This document shows positions 1 to 7,043 of a stretch of 64,000 bases of DNA, piece by piece; within the stretch, counting starts at the first letter, position 1; every line of letters begins with the position of its first letter. The notes under the pieces were generated by a model. The model was not told where the DNA came from, did not search any database, and worked only from the letters and a program-made list of their open reading frames with translations. Source of the stretch: an uncultured Erysipelotrichaceae bacterium (GTDB taxonomy: Bacteria; Bacillota_I; Bacilli_A; RFN20; CAG-826). The stretch covers positions 9,323 through 73,322 of the forward strand of contig CACXNV010000007.1 of the NCBI GenBank assembly GCA_902769185.1. Reading direction: 5' to 3'. Both the position numbers and the translations under genes were made by a program.

Positions 1-665
1 TCTCCAGGTTGTTTAAGTGGGAATAGCATTCTACTTGGAATACCAAAGATAACTCCTTTTAAAGCTTTTTCTCCCCACCACTTTCTTTTTTTGAAGTTAA
101 TTGGATAATGGCCAGTTAAGTTTGCACAGCTATCAGTTAATTCTCCAGTGAGTTTATATGTTAAATAAGTGGAGATATTCACGTATTTGACTGTTTTAGA
201 CCAAACATCTGGCTCATTTTCTTTAATCCAGTGCGCCATTGTACGACTTCTATTTAATTTAATAGTGTCTTGCATACCTACAATAGAGAAAATAGTGCTA
301 TATCCAAATGGTAATTTCTCTTTTGCTTTAGCGAGTCTTTGATCTAACCAAAGAATAGATTTTCTTACTGGTTTATTATCCTTATCTAATTGCACTGAAG
401 AATCTCTAAAGGTGGCAATTGTGCTTCCTTTAATTCTGTTTAATTTATCTTTTGAAGATTTAGCGAGTTCTTTTAAGCATTCTAAAAGAATGTCGTAATA
501 ATAATCTGGATCTTGTTCTGCATATCCTTTTTCAATAGAAATATAAGCAGGAGAATATTTTCTTTTTACAATTGATTCAATTTCTCCAGACTTATTAATT
601 AAAGCCACTCTTACTGATTGAGTGCCAAAATCCATTGTTAATATTAAGGGTGATTTATTTTCCAT
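1..665 (-). CDS. FGGY-family carbohydrate kinase, N-terminal part (gene runs off the window start)
   Basis: Not in the ORF track because it is open at the window edge. Reverse complement from ATG at 665 reads MENKSPLILTMDFGTQSVRVALINKSGEIE...ILWLDQR...; DFGTQS.R is the FGGY N-terminal phosphate-binding motif. Frame stays open to position 1. Confidence 0.75.
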   Translation of the reverse strand, partial: MENKSPLILTMDFGTQSVRVALINKSGEIESIVKRKYSPAYISIEKGYAEQDPDYYYDILLECLKELAKSSKDKLNRIKGSTIATFRDSSVQLDKDNKPVRKSILWLDQRLAKAKEKLPFGYSTIFSIVGMQDTIKLNRSRTMAHWIKENEPDVWSKTVKYVNISTYLTYKLTGELTDSCANLTGHYPINFKKRKWWGEKALKGVIFGIPSRMLFPLKQPG

Positions 666-725
666 AATAACTTCGTCCATTCAGTTAATTATTTTATATC
701 TAAATTATTTATTTATAAATAGGTA

Positions 726-753
726 TTGATTATCAAAATATTACTACTATAAT
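726..753 (+). promoter_or_regulatory. Candidate sigma-70 promoter of the HTH-TrpB gene
   Basis: TTGATT (726-731), 16-nt spacer, TATAAT (748-753), 35 nt upstream of ATG 789; AAAGG Shine-Dalgarno just before the start. Confidence 0.45.
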
Positions 754-754
754 A

Positions 755-771
755 GGTATAAAGAATATACC
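755..771. promoter_or_regulatory. Palindrome GGTATA-N5-TATACC just downstream of the -10; candidate operator
   Basis: GGTATA 755-760 and TATACC 766-771. Additional AGGTAT copies at 721-726 and 785-790. Confidence 0.35.
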
Positions 772-788
772 GAAAGGAATATAAAGGT

Positions 789-2201
789 ATGAAGTATTTA
801 TCCGTAAGTGAAGTAGCAAAAAAGTGGAATCTTAATGAAAGAAGAGTCCGTGTTTTAATTCAAGAAAAGCGTATTGAAGGAGTGAAATTAGAAGGTCATA
901 AATATCTAATTCCTGAATCCGCAGTTAAACCTTTAGATAGAAGATATAAAGGACAAAGATGTTTTGAAGATTCTCCATTAGACAAAATTAATTTTGATTT
1001 TAAAAATTACCGTAAATTATTCCCTAATTCAGAAGGATATTTTGGTCGCTTTGGAGGAAGGTTTTTACCTCCTAATTTATCTAAGGCGATGGAGGAAGTT
1101 TATAACGGTTATTTAACAATTGCTAAATCCGCTAAATTCATCGCTGAACTAAGAGAGATAAGAAAGAATTATCAAGGTCGACCAACTCCGGTATATCACT
1201 GCCAAAATTTAAGTAATTATTTCGGTAAAGTGCAAATCTATTTAAAAAGAGAAGACCTTAATCACGGAGGGGCACATAAATTAAATAACGCGATGGGTCA
1301 AGCCTTGCTTGCTAAATATTTAGGTAAGAAAAAACTTATCGCTGAAACTGGTGCAGGTAGCCACGGCTCTGCTGTAGCTATGGCGGCAGCGTATTTCGGA
1401 CTTAAGTGTGATATCTATATGGGTGAAGTCGATATGGAAAAACAAGCCCCTAATGTTAATAGAATTAAAGTATTAGGCGCTAATGTAATTCCGGTAAAAG
1501 AAGGAACTAGAACCTTAAAAGAAGCGGTAGATGCAGCCTTTGCAGCCTACGCTAAAGAATATAAAGATGCATTTTACTGTTTAGGTAGTGCAGTTGGACC
1601 TCACCCATATCCATTAATTGTTAGAGACTTCCAAGAAATCATTGGTCGAGAAGCTAAACAACAATTTTTAGATATGACTGGAGAACTTCCAGATATTGTC
1701 TGTGCTTGTGTTGGAGGCGGGAGCAACGCCATTGGAATGTTTGAATCATTTTTAGAAGAACCAGTCCATATTGTGGGTGTTGAGCCAATGGGACAAGGAG
1801 AAGAAATTGGTAAAAATGCGGCAACGATTACTCTTGGAAAAGAAAAAGTTCTCCACGGCTTTAATTCTTTAGTGTTAACCAAAGAAAACGGAGAACCTGC
1901 TGATGCTTATTCGATCGCTAGTGGACTAGATTATCCTGGTGTAGGACCAGAACATGCCTTCTTACATGAAATCGGTAGAGTGAAATATGAATCAGTTACT
2001 GATGAAGAGGCTGCTGAAGCATTCTTCTTACTTTCTAGATTAGAGGGTATTATTCCTGCAATCGAGTCCGCTCACGCTCTAGCGTACGCCATTAAATGTG
2101 CTCGCACTATGCAAAGTGGATCAATCTTAGTCTGTTTAAGTGGACGTGGAGATAAAGACATGGAATTTATGTGTAAAAAATACCCACATATGTTCCGCTA
2201 A
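789..2201 (+). CDS. trpB: Tryptophan synthase beta chain (TrpB1-like) with N-terminal MerR/excisionase-type HTH domain
   Basis: 470 aa. Residues about 1-50 ([29 protein letters not shown]) look like an HTH_17/MerR-type DNA-binding domain. The rest carries TrpB signatures: [24 protein letters not shown] (PLP lysine), [37 protein letters not shown]. Confidence 0.9.
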   Translation: MKYLSVSEVAKKWNLNERRVRVLIQEKRIEGVKLEGHKYLIPESAVKPLDRRYKGQRCFEDSPLDKINFDFKNYRKLFPNSEGYFGRFGGRFLPPNLSKAMEEVYNGYLTIAKSAKFIAELREIRKNYQGRPTPVYHCQNLSNYFGKVQIYLKREDLNHGGAHKLNNAMGQALLAKYLGKKKLIAETGAGSHGSAVAMAAAYFGLKCDIYMGEVDMEKQAPNVNRIKVLGANVIPVKEGTRTLKEAVDAAFAAYAKEYKDAFYCLGSAVGPHPYPLIVRDFQEIIGREAKQQFLDMTGELPDIVCACVGGGSNAIGMFESFLEEPVHIVGVEPMGQGEEIGKNAATITLGKEKVLHGFNSLVLTKENGEPADAYSIASGLDYPGVGPEHAFLHEIGRVKYESVTDEEAAEAFFLLSRLEGIIPAIESAHALAYAIKCARTMQSGSILVCLSGRGDKDMEFMCKKYPHMFR

Positions 2202-2492
2202 TTACATTACTAAAGGTTTGATGTTTAGAATGCTATCGCTATATGTACTCTGAGCTTCTCTAATATCTATATCGATTTGAAGATTTAAAAAATATTTATC
2301 ACTTAATCCAAAATATCTACCAAGTCTAATAGATGTCTCGGCAGTAATTTTTCTTCTATCATGAAGAATATCTTGTATACGAGAAACAGGAACATCAATA
2401 TCTTTAGCTAAACGATATGCTGAAATATGAAGAGGTATCATAAACTCTTCTTTAAGAATTTCGCTAATTTTTGGTGTAGGAATACGTTTCAT
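2202..2492 (-). CDS. higA: HigA-family antitoxin (XRE HTH)
   Basis: The track ORF starts at TTG 2516. ATG at 2492 is preceded by AAGGAG and gives MKRIPTPKISEILKEEFMIPLHISAYRLAKDIDVPVSRIQDILHDRRKITAETSIRLGRYFG, the typical HigA/VapI sequence. Confidence 0.85.
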   Translation of the reverse strand: MKRIPTPKISEILKEEFMIPLHISAYRLAKDIDVPVSRIQDILHDRRKITAETSIRLGRYFGLSDKYFLNLQIDIDIREAQSTYSDSILNIKPLVM

Positions 2493-2502
2493 CTCTTTCT
2501 CC

Positions 2503-2790
2503 TTAGTGATAGTCAACTATCTCAACATTGTCATATACTCTTCCATCATCGGATGGTACAAAAACAATTCTATATTGATCATTAATTTTAATACTCCATT
2601 GACCTATTCTATTACCAGAGAGTGGCTCTAGATGATTTGCTGGAGGAACTTTTAGATCAGATAAGCTTTCAGCAACATCAATCATTATTAATTTTCTTAA
2701 CGCTATTTTCTGAATGTTCGAAGGTAGTTTTTTCGAAAATTGCTGATTGAATACTTTTTCTGTTTCTTTATCTTTAAAACTTCTGATCAT
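2503..2790 (-). CDS. higB: HigB-family toxin (RelE/ParE superfamily, plasmid-maintenance-killer type)
   Basis: From Met21 of the track ORF: MIRSFKDKETEKVFNQ...LRKLIMIDVAESLSDLKVPPANHLEPLSGNRIGQWSIKINDQYRIVF. Toxin-first order, 10 nt before higA. Confidence 0.8.
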   Translation of the reverse strand: MIRSFKDKETEKVFNQQFSKKLPSNIQKIALRKLIMIDVAESLSDLKVPPANHLEPLSGNRIGQWSIKINDQYRIVFVPSDDGRVYDNVEIVDYH

Positions 2791-2796
2791 ACTATT

Positions 2797-2817
2797 ATTA
2801 TACACGCTTTTCGTGTA
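2797..2817 (-). promoter_or_regulatory. higBA promoter -10 plus palindromic operator
   Basis: On the minus strand, TATAAT (plus coordinates 2797-2802) lies 6 nt upstream of the higB ATG. Palindrome TACACG-N5-CGTGTA at 2801-2817 overlaps it. Confidence 0.45.
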
Positions 2818-2862
2818 CACGCAACAAATACATAAAAATTGTTTTTTCACGTGCCTAGAATG

Positions 2863-2885
2863 TCCACAAATGAAATTTTTGTGGA
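2863..2885. promoter_or_regulatory. Inverted repeat TCCACAAA-N7-TTTGTGGA in the higB/ppdK divergent intergenic region
   Basis: Arms 2863-2870 and 2878-2885. Each arm is also a 7/9 match to the DnaA box TTATCCACA. Confidence 0.3.
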
Positions 2886-2978
2886 AATTCTTTCCTATAC
2901 GGGCACATATGTAATAAAATATTAACGCTGGTGAGCGAATACATATACGCTCTCTACGTGCCTTATAGGAGGAAAAAT

Positions 2979-5624
2979 ATGGCTGAAAAGAAATATGTTT
3001 ACCCCTTTGATGAAGCCTATGGATTAGGCAAAGAACTCTTAGGTGGTAAAGGTGCTGGTTTAGCAGAAATGACCCATATCGGCGTTCCTGTTCCAGAAGG
3101 ATTTACAATCACTACTGAAGCTTGCACCCTTTATTATGACAGTGGAAAGAAAATCCCAGAATTTGTTAAAGAACAAATCTTCGCGGCAATTAAAGATGTC
3201 GAAAAGAAAACCGGAAAAACATTCGGTGGGGAACATAATCCACTCTTAGTTTCTGTCAGATCTGGTGCTCGTGTCAGTATGCCAGGTATGATGGATACCA
3301 TCTTAAACTTAGGTTTAAATGATGTTACTGCTGCTGCTCTTGCAAGAGAAACAGGCAACGAAAGATTTGCATTAGACAGCTTCAGAAGATTCATCCTCAT
3401 GTTCACAAACATCGCTAAAGGACATCCAAGAACTGAAATGGATAAGATGCTTGATGAATTAAAAGAATCAAGAGGATACAAATTAGACACAGAAGTCACT
3501 ACAGAAGAATTAAAAGTCTTAGTGGCTAAATACAAGGAATACTATAAGAAAACATTCGGTGAAGAATTCCCAACTGATCCAAAAGATCAATTAATGGAAG
3601 CTGTCGCAGCGGTCTTTAGAAGCTGGGACAACCCAAGAGCGAATATTTACCGTATGCAATATTCCATTCCATATTCATGGGGAACCGCCGTTAATGTGCA
3701 ATCCATGGCATTTGGTAATAAAGGTGAGACTTCTGGTACTGGTGTTGCTTTCTCTAGAAACGCCGCAACTGGTGAAAAAGAAATCTCTGCTGAATATTTA
3801 CCAAACGCTCAAGGTGAAGACGTTGTTGCTGGTATCCGTACCCCACTTCACATTGATGAATTAAAAAGAAGAATGCCTGAAGTCTATGAACAATTCGTCA
3901 AGACCATTAAAAACATGGAACTCCACTATCGCGATATGCAAGATATGGAATTCACAGTTGAAGAAGGCAAATTATACTTCTTACAAACCCGTTCAGGTAA
4001 AAGAACTCCTGCCGCAGCCTTAAAGATGGCATGTGACATGGTTGATGAAGGATTAATTACCAAAGAAGAAGCTGTCTTAAGAATTGATCCAGTTTCATTT
4101 GATAAATTATTATTACCTAACTTCGATAAAGATGATTTAGCAAAAGCTAAAGACAGATTAGTCGCTAAAGGTAACCCAGCTGGCCCAGGTGCCGGAACCG
4201 GTGCTATCGCCTTCACTGCTGAAGAAGCTGAAAGAAGACACGCTGCTGGAGAAAAAGTTGTTCTTGTTAGAGCAGAAACCTCCCCAGAAGATCTTGCTGG
4301 TATGATTGCTTGCCAAGGTATTCTCACTATGAGAGGTGGTATGACTTCTCACGCTGCTGTTGTTGCTCGTGGTATGGGTAAATGCTGTATCACTGGTTGT
4401 GCTGCTGCCATCATTGATGAAGAAGCAAGAACCTTAAAGATTGGTGATAAAGTTTACACCGATAAAGATGTCTTATCCTTAGACGGAAGCACAGGTTGTG
4501 TTTACGAAGGTGACATCAAGAAAGTTGCACCAGATCTATCCTCAGGTAACTTTGGTAGATTAATGGGCTGGGTTGATGAAGCCCGTGACTTAATGGTTAG
4601 AGCGAACGCTGATACCCCAAGAGATGCACATCAAGCTAAAGTCTTTGGTGCACAAGGTATTGGATTATGTAGAACAGAACATATGTTCTTCGATAAAGAC
4701 AAGATCTTCTCCTTCAGAAAGATGATTCTTGCTGAAACTAAAGAAGAAAGAGTCGCTGCTTTAGCAGAAATCGAACCATTACAACAAAAAGACTTCGAAG
4801 GTTTATACGAAGAAATGGGCAACCTCAACGTTAATGTCCGTTTACTCGATCCACCTCTACACGAATTTTTACCTCAAGAAGAAGACAAGATCCAAGAACT
4901 CGCAAAAGCGACTGGACACTCTGTCGAATATATTCACAAGAGAATTGATGAATTACACGAATTCAACCCAATGATGGGTCACAGAGGCTGCCGTTTAGAC
5001 GTCTCCTATCCTGAAATTGGTGAAATGCAAACCCGTGCGATTATTAAGGCTGCTATTGCTGTTAATAAGAGATGTGGATTACATGTCGAACCAGAAATCA
5101 TGGTCCCACTTACCTTAGACTTAAGAGAAATGAAATTCGTTAAGGCTATCGTTTGTAAGACTGCTGATGAAGTCATCAAAGCTGCTGGAGTCAATCTCAA
5201 ATACCATGTTGGTACTATGATTGAGATTCCACGTGCTGCGTTACTCTCTGATGAAATCGCTCAAGAAGCAGAATTCTTCTCATTTGGTACAAATGACTTA
5301 ACTCAAATGACATTCGGATTCTCTCGTGACGATGCTTCTAAATTCTTACCAGATTACTACAGCAATAAGATCTTAGAAGAAGATCCATTTAAGACCTTAG
5401 ATCAACACGGTGTTGGTAAGCTCGTTGAACTCTCTGTCAAACAAGGTAGAGCTACTAGACCAGACTTACACATTGGTGTCTGTGGTGAAACTGGTGGAGA
5501 AGCAAACTCCATTGAGTTCTATCACAAAGTCGGATTAGATTACGTCTCTTGTTCTCCATTTAGAGTCCCTGTTGCTAGACTCGCTGCTGCACAAGCCGCA
5601 ATCAAATTCCCAAGAAAGAAATAG
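2979..5624 (+). CDS. ppdK: Pyruvate, phosphate dikinase
   Basis: ATG 2979 is preceded by AGGAGG; the track ORF begins at an upstream GTG. MAEKKYVYPFDE...LLGGKGAGLAEM; phospho-histidine loop GGMTSHAAVVARGMG; PEP/pyruvate domain GLCRTEHMF, FFSFGTNDLTQ, GVCGE. 881 aa. Confidence 0.95.
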   Translation: MAEKKYVYPFDEAYGLGKELLGGKGAGLAEMTHIGVPVPEGFTITTEACTLYYDSGKKIPEFVKEQIFAAIKDVEKKTGKTFGGEHNPLLVSVRSGARVSMPGMMDTILNLGLNDVTAAALARETGNERFALDSFRRFILMFTNIAKGHPRTEMDKMLDELKESRGYKLDTEVTTEELKVLVAKYKEYYKKTFGEEFPTDPKDQLMEAVAAVFRSWDNPRANIYRMQYSIPYSWGTAVNVQSMAFGNKGETSGTGVAFSRNAATGEKEISAEYLPNAQGEDVVAGIRTPLHIDELKRRMPEVYEQFVKTIKNMELHYRDMQDMEFTVEEGKLYFLQTRSGKRTPAAALKMACDMVDEGLITKEEAVLRIDPVSFDKLLLPNFDKDDLAKAKDRLVAKGNPAGPGAGTGAIAFTAEEAERRHAAGEKVVLVRAETSPEDLAGMIACQGILTMRGGMTSHAAVVARGMGKCCITGCAAAIIDEEARTLKIGDKVYTDKDVLSLDGSTGCVYEGDIKKVAPDLSSGNFGRLMGWVDEARDLMVRANADTPRDAHQAKVFGAQGIGLCRTEHMFFDKDKIFSFRKMILAETKEERVAALAEIEPLQQKDFEGLYEEMGNLNVNVRLLDPPLHEFLPQEEDKIQELAKATGHSVEYIHKRIDELHEFNPMMGHRGCRLDVSYPEIGEMQTRAIIKAAIAVNKRCGLHVEPEIMVPLTLDLREMKFVKAIVCKTADEVIKAAGVNLKYHVGTMIEIPRAALLSDEIAQEAEFFSFGTNDLTQMTFGFSRDDASKFLPDYYSNKILEEDPFKTLDQHGVGKLVELSVKQGRATRPDLHIGVCGETGGEANSIEFYHKVGLDYVSCSPFRVPVARLAAAQAAIKFPRKK

Positions 5625-5650
5625 TTCTTTCTCAGCCAATTAAATAAATA

Positions 5651-5680
5651 AGGCACTCGTTAATTCGGGTGCCTTTACTT
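5651..5680 (+). terminator. Rho-independent terminator of ppdK
   Basis: AGGCACTCG-TTAATT-CGGGTGCCT (one G-U pair) followed by a T-rich tail. Confidence 0.7.
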
Positions 5681-5686
5681 ATGTAA

Positions 5687-5935
5687 TTACCAATCAAGTT
5701 TGCTATATTCTGTTAACGAAGAAATATCTTCTTTACTGCCTTTTAAAATCGAGTCTACAAGGCCTTTTTGCGAATATAAATACAAAGTTTCTTTTATTCC
5801 TTTATATTCGCTTTCAGAAAGTATTATGAAATTGCCTTGTTCAGTTGTAATAAGAAACGACTTGTTTTCCTTTACAGCCTCATTAATATATTTTTGAAAA
5901 TTATTTTCTAGTGTTTTGATATTAATTTTATTCAT
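5687..5935 (-). CDS. Phd/YefM-like antitoxin-family protein with no toxin gene in the operon
   Basis: 82 aa. N-terminal INIKTLENNFQKYINEAVKENKSFLITTEQGNFIILSESEYKGIKETLYL matches the Phd/YefM fold pattern. Nothing follows on the same strand before the ppdK terminator. Confidence 0.6.
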   Translation of the reverse strand: MNKINIKTLENNFQKYINEAVKENKSFLITTEQGNFIILSESEYKGIKETLYLYSQKGLVDSILKGSKEDISSLTEYSKLDW

Positions 5936-5936
5936 A

Positions 5937-5959
5937 ATCTACAATTAAATTATGTAGAT
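5937..5959. promoter_or_regulatory. Palindrome ATCTACA-N9-TGTAGAT abutting the Phd-like start codon
   Basis: Arms 5937-5943 and 5953-5959, 2 nt from the ATG at 5935. Candidate autoregulatory operator. Confidence 0.4.
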
Positions 5960-6022
5960 AAATCAAAAAGAATCAAGAAAAATAGCTTGTTTAATTGTGA
6001 AATAAAAATTGTGGATAAATCC

Positions 6023-6094
6023 TATCCCCATATTTATATTAATATTTCTATTTAATTAATACTTTGTATATAACTAAATATAAATATAGGGATA
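6023..6094. repeat. 18-bp inverted repeat (17/18 match) with 36-nt spacer
   Basis: TATCCCCATATTTATATT (6023-6040) versus AATATAAATATAGGGATA (6077-6094), between two divergent small genes. Confidence 0.6.
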
Positions 6095-6158
6095 AGTTGG
6101 TGTTGGAAAAAATAATCTTGGATTATTTGTTTTTTGTTCGTTACTATATAGTTACTTT

Positions 6159-6533
6159 ATGGCAAATAAAAAGCACTTAACTTATGAAGAAAAAATAATA
6201 AAAGCTTTGAAATCGCTTCCTAATCCACTAATAGATAACAAACACAGAATTATCATAGTATTAGATAATAATCGTGCAAGAAGCAATGAAAGTAGATTTG
6301 AGCATATAGCTGTCTCTAGGCATGAGTTATTACCAAGCGATATAAAACAAATTCCAAAAAGAATCGAAACATCTATACTCAAAAAAGATAAAGAAAGAAC
6401 GAATACTTATAACATATACATTGCTAGAAATGGTCATGTCGGAGAATATATCAAGATATCAATAGAAATAGATTTTAAAAAATCAAACATTGGGTTCGTA
6501 AAAACAATTTACATTACTAGAAACAATAAATAA
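6159..6533 (+). CDS. Hypothetical 124-aa basic protein, possibly a Barnase/EndoU/ColicinE5-D/RelE-like (PBECR-type) nuclease
   Basis: Clean ORF. The stretch FEHIAVSRHELLPSDIKQIP followed by beta-rich YIKISIEIDF...VKTIYITR resembles my recollection of PBECR-type domains (H-I-x3-R-H helix). Tentative. Confidence 0.5.
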   Translation: MANKKHLTYEEKIIKALKSLPNPLIDNKHRIIIVLDNNRARSNESRFEHIAVSRHELLPSDIKQIPKRIETSILKKDKERTNTYNIYIARNGHVGEYIKISIEIDFKKSNIGFVKTIYITRNNK

Positions 6534-6564
6534 TTGACTTATTAGCAAAGAATATTGCTATAAT
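6534..6564 (+). promoter_or_regulatory. Candidate promoter of the structured RNA
   Basis: TTGACT (6534-6539), 19-nt spacer, extended -10 TGCTATAAT (6556-6564), immediately after the stop of the 124-aa ORF. Confidence 0.5.
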
Positions 6565-6569
6565 AAGAG

Positions 6570-6720
6570 TGCCAAGGGTGGAAATGTGCGTCCTTTCCCG
6601 CGTTAAACCGGTGAGGTAACGTCAGCGTACGACCACGGCGCACCTACAAAGGTGGTACACGGCGATCCAGGGTTATGCTGGCCTGGTTGGCAAAAACTTG
6701 TCCCTCGCGGACATTTTTTT
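6570..6720 (+). ncRNA. Unclassified structured small RNA (about 150 nt) with its own promoter and terminator
   Basis: About 57% G+C over 6571-6700 by my count, in AT-rich surroundings. No ORF. Helices: TGCCAA/TTGGCA (6570-75 with 6687-92), GTGCGTC/GGCGCAC (6586-92 with 6637-43, one G-U), GCGTTA/TAACGT (6600-05 with 6617-22, one G-U), CCAGG/CCTGG (6667-71 with 6682-86). Terminator GTCC-CTCGC-GGAC plus T7 at 6700-6720. The G-U pairs favour the plus strand. Confidence 0.55.
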
Positions 6721-6776
6721 ATGAAAAACCCCATCATATTTGTTATTGAGGCTCTTTAATCATTTGTGTTTGATTT

Positions 6777-7031
6777 CTATTTGTTAAACGCTAGTGATTT
6801 ATAGAAGACGAAGTTGTTATCTCCGTCTATGTAGCCAACTTCTCTACCGTTGACTATGATGGAGCCATCGTCATCAACATAGCCAATTTTCTTTGGAGGA
6901 AAATATATTTCTCCTTCATCGGTGATCTCTGCAAATTTATGTCCATTGATATATAAAACATTCTCACCGATATAGCCCACTAATTGGTCATCGATATATA
7001 TGTTTCTACCAAAGGAATCGATAATTAACAC
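6777..7031 (-). CDS. Small repeat protein (beta-hairpin-type GYI/GYV repeats; resembles the family annotated as 4-fold beta flower)
   Basis: 84 aa with repeated units LVGYIGENVLYING, KIGYVDDDGSIIVNG, EVGYIDGDNNFVF. Confidence 0.6.
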   Translation of the reverse strand: MLIIDSFGRNIYIDDQLVGYIGENVLYINGHKFAEITDEGEIYFPPKKIGYVDDDGSIIVNGREVGYIDGDNNFVFYKSLAFNK

Positions 7032-7043
7032 GCAGGAAACCCC

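Noticed and set aside
1601-1882. Antisense or out-of-frame ORFs nested in long, well-supported genes. Examples: 1601-1882, 3134-3535, 3926-4327, 4158-4352, 8035-8349, 9929-10192, 11552-11779, 14186-14528, 17986-18183, 19969-20652, 22355-22633, 24355-24741, 28109-28402, 40913-42196, 43988-44449, 50486-50899, 58416-58807.
   Set aside because: Each lies entirely inside a gene with strong family motifs on the other strand or frame. They have low-complexity, Ser/Leu/Ile-rich translations and no start context. This is typical of shadow ORFs.
2931-2978. 5' extensions of track ORFs: ppdK from GTG 2931, higB from 2850, higA from TTG 2516, rsmA from GTG 9779, rnmV from 10323, yaaA from 18293, repeat protein from TTG 25678, fnlB from 27308, tadA from 33868, ATPase from TTG 34510, psuG from 36992, DUF1015 from TTG 48088, ssnA from 60889, preA-like from 62181.
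   Set aside because: In each case an internal ATG has a better Shine-Dalgarno or promoter context and matches the family N-terminus. Several extensions also overlap terminators, promoters or an RNA gene.
6645-6665. T-box riboswitch reading of the GC-rich RNA. AAAGGTGGTACACGGCG resembles the T-box core GGGTGGTACCGCG.
   Set aside because: Only about 75 nt lie upstream, which is too short for Stem I and the specifier. The terminator does not overlap the T-box-like sequence to give an antiterminator switch. No aminoacyl-tRNA synthetase gene or any other ORF follows on the plus strand.
6570-6720. tRNA-Sec, 6S RNA, tmRNA, RNase P RNA, or TPP, cobalamin, M-box or ykkC riboswitch identity for the same RNA.
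   Set aside because: It has no T-loop or cloverleaf. It is too short for tmRNA or RNase P RNA. It is not a single long irregular hairpin as 6S is. The hallmark consensus strings I remember (CUGAGA, the B12 box, GUUAGGUGAGGC, CUAGGGUUCCG) are absent. The class is left open rather than forced.
6721-6759. 12-codon ORF (MKNPIIFVIEAL) after the structured RNA, considered as a riboswitch-controlled gene.
   Set aside because: It is too short, has no Shine-Dalgarno sequence and lies after a full terminator. The next real gene is on the opposite strand.
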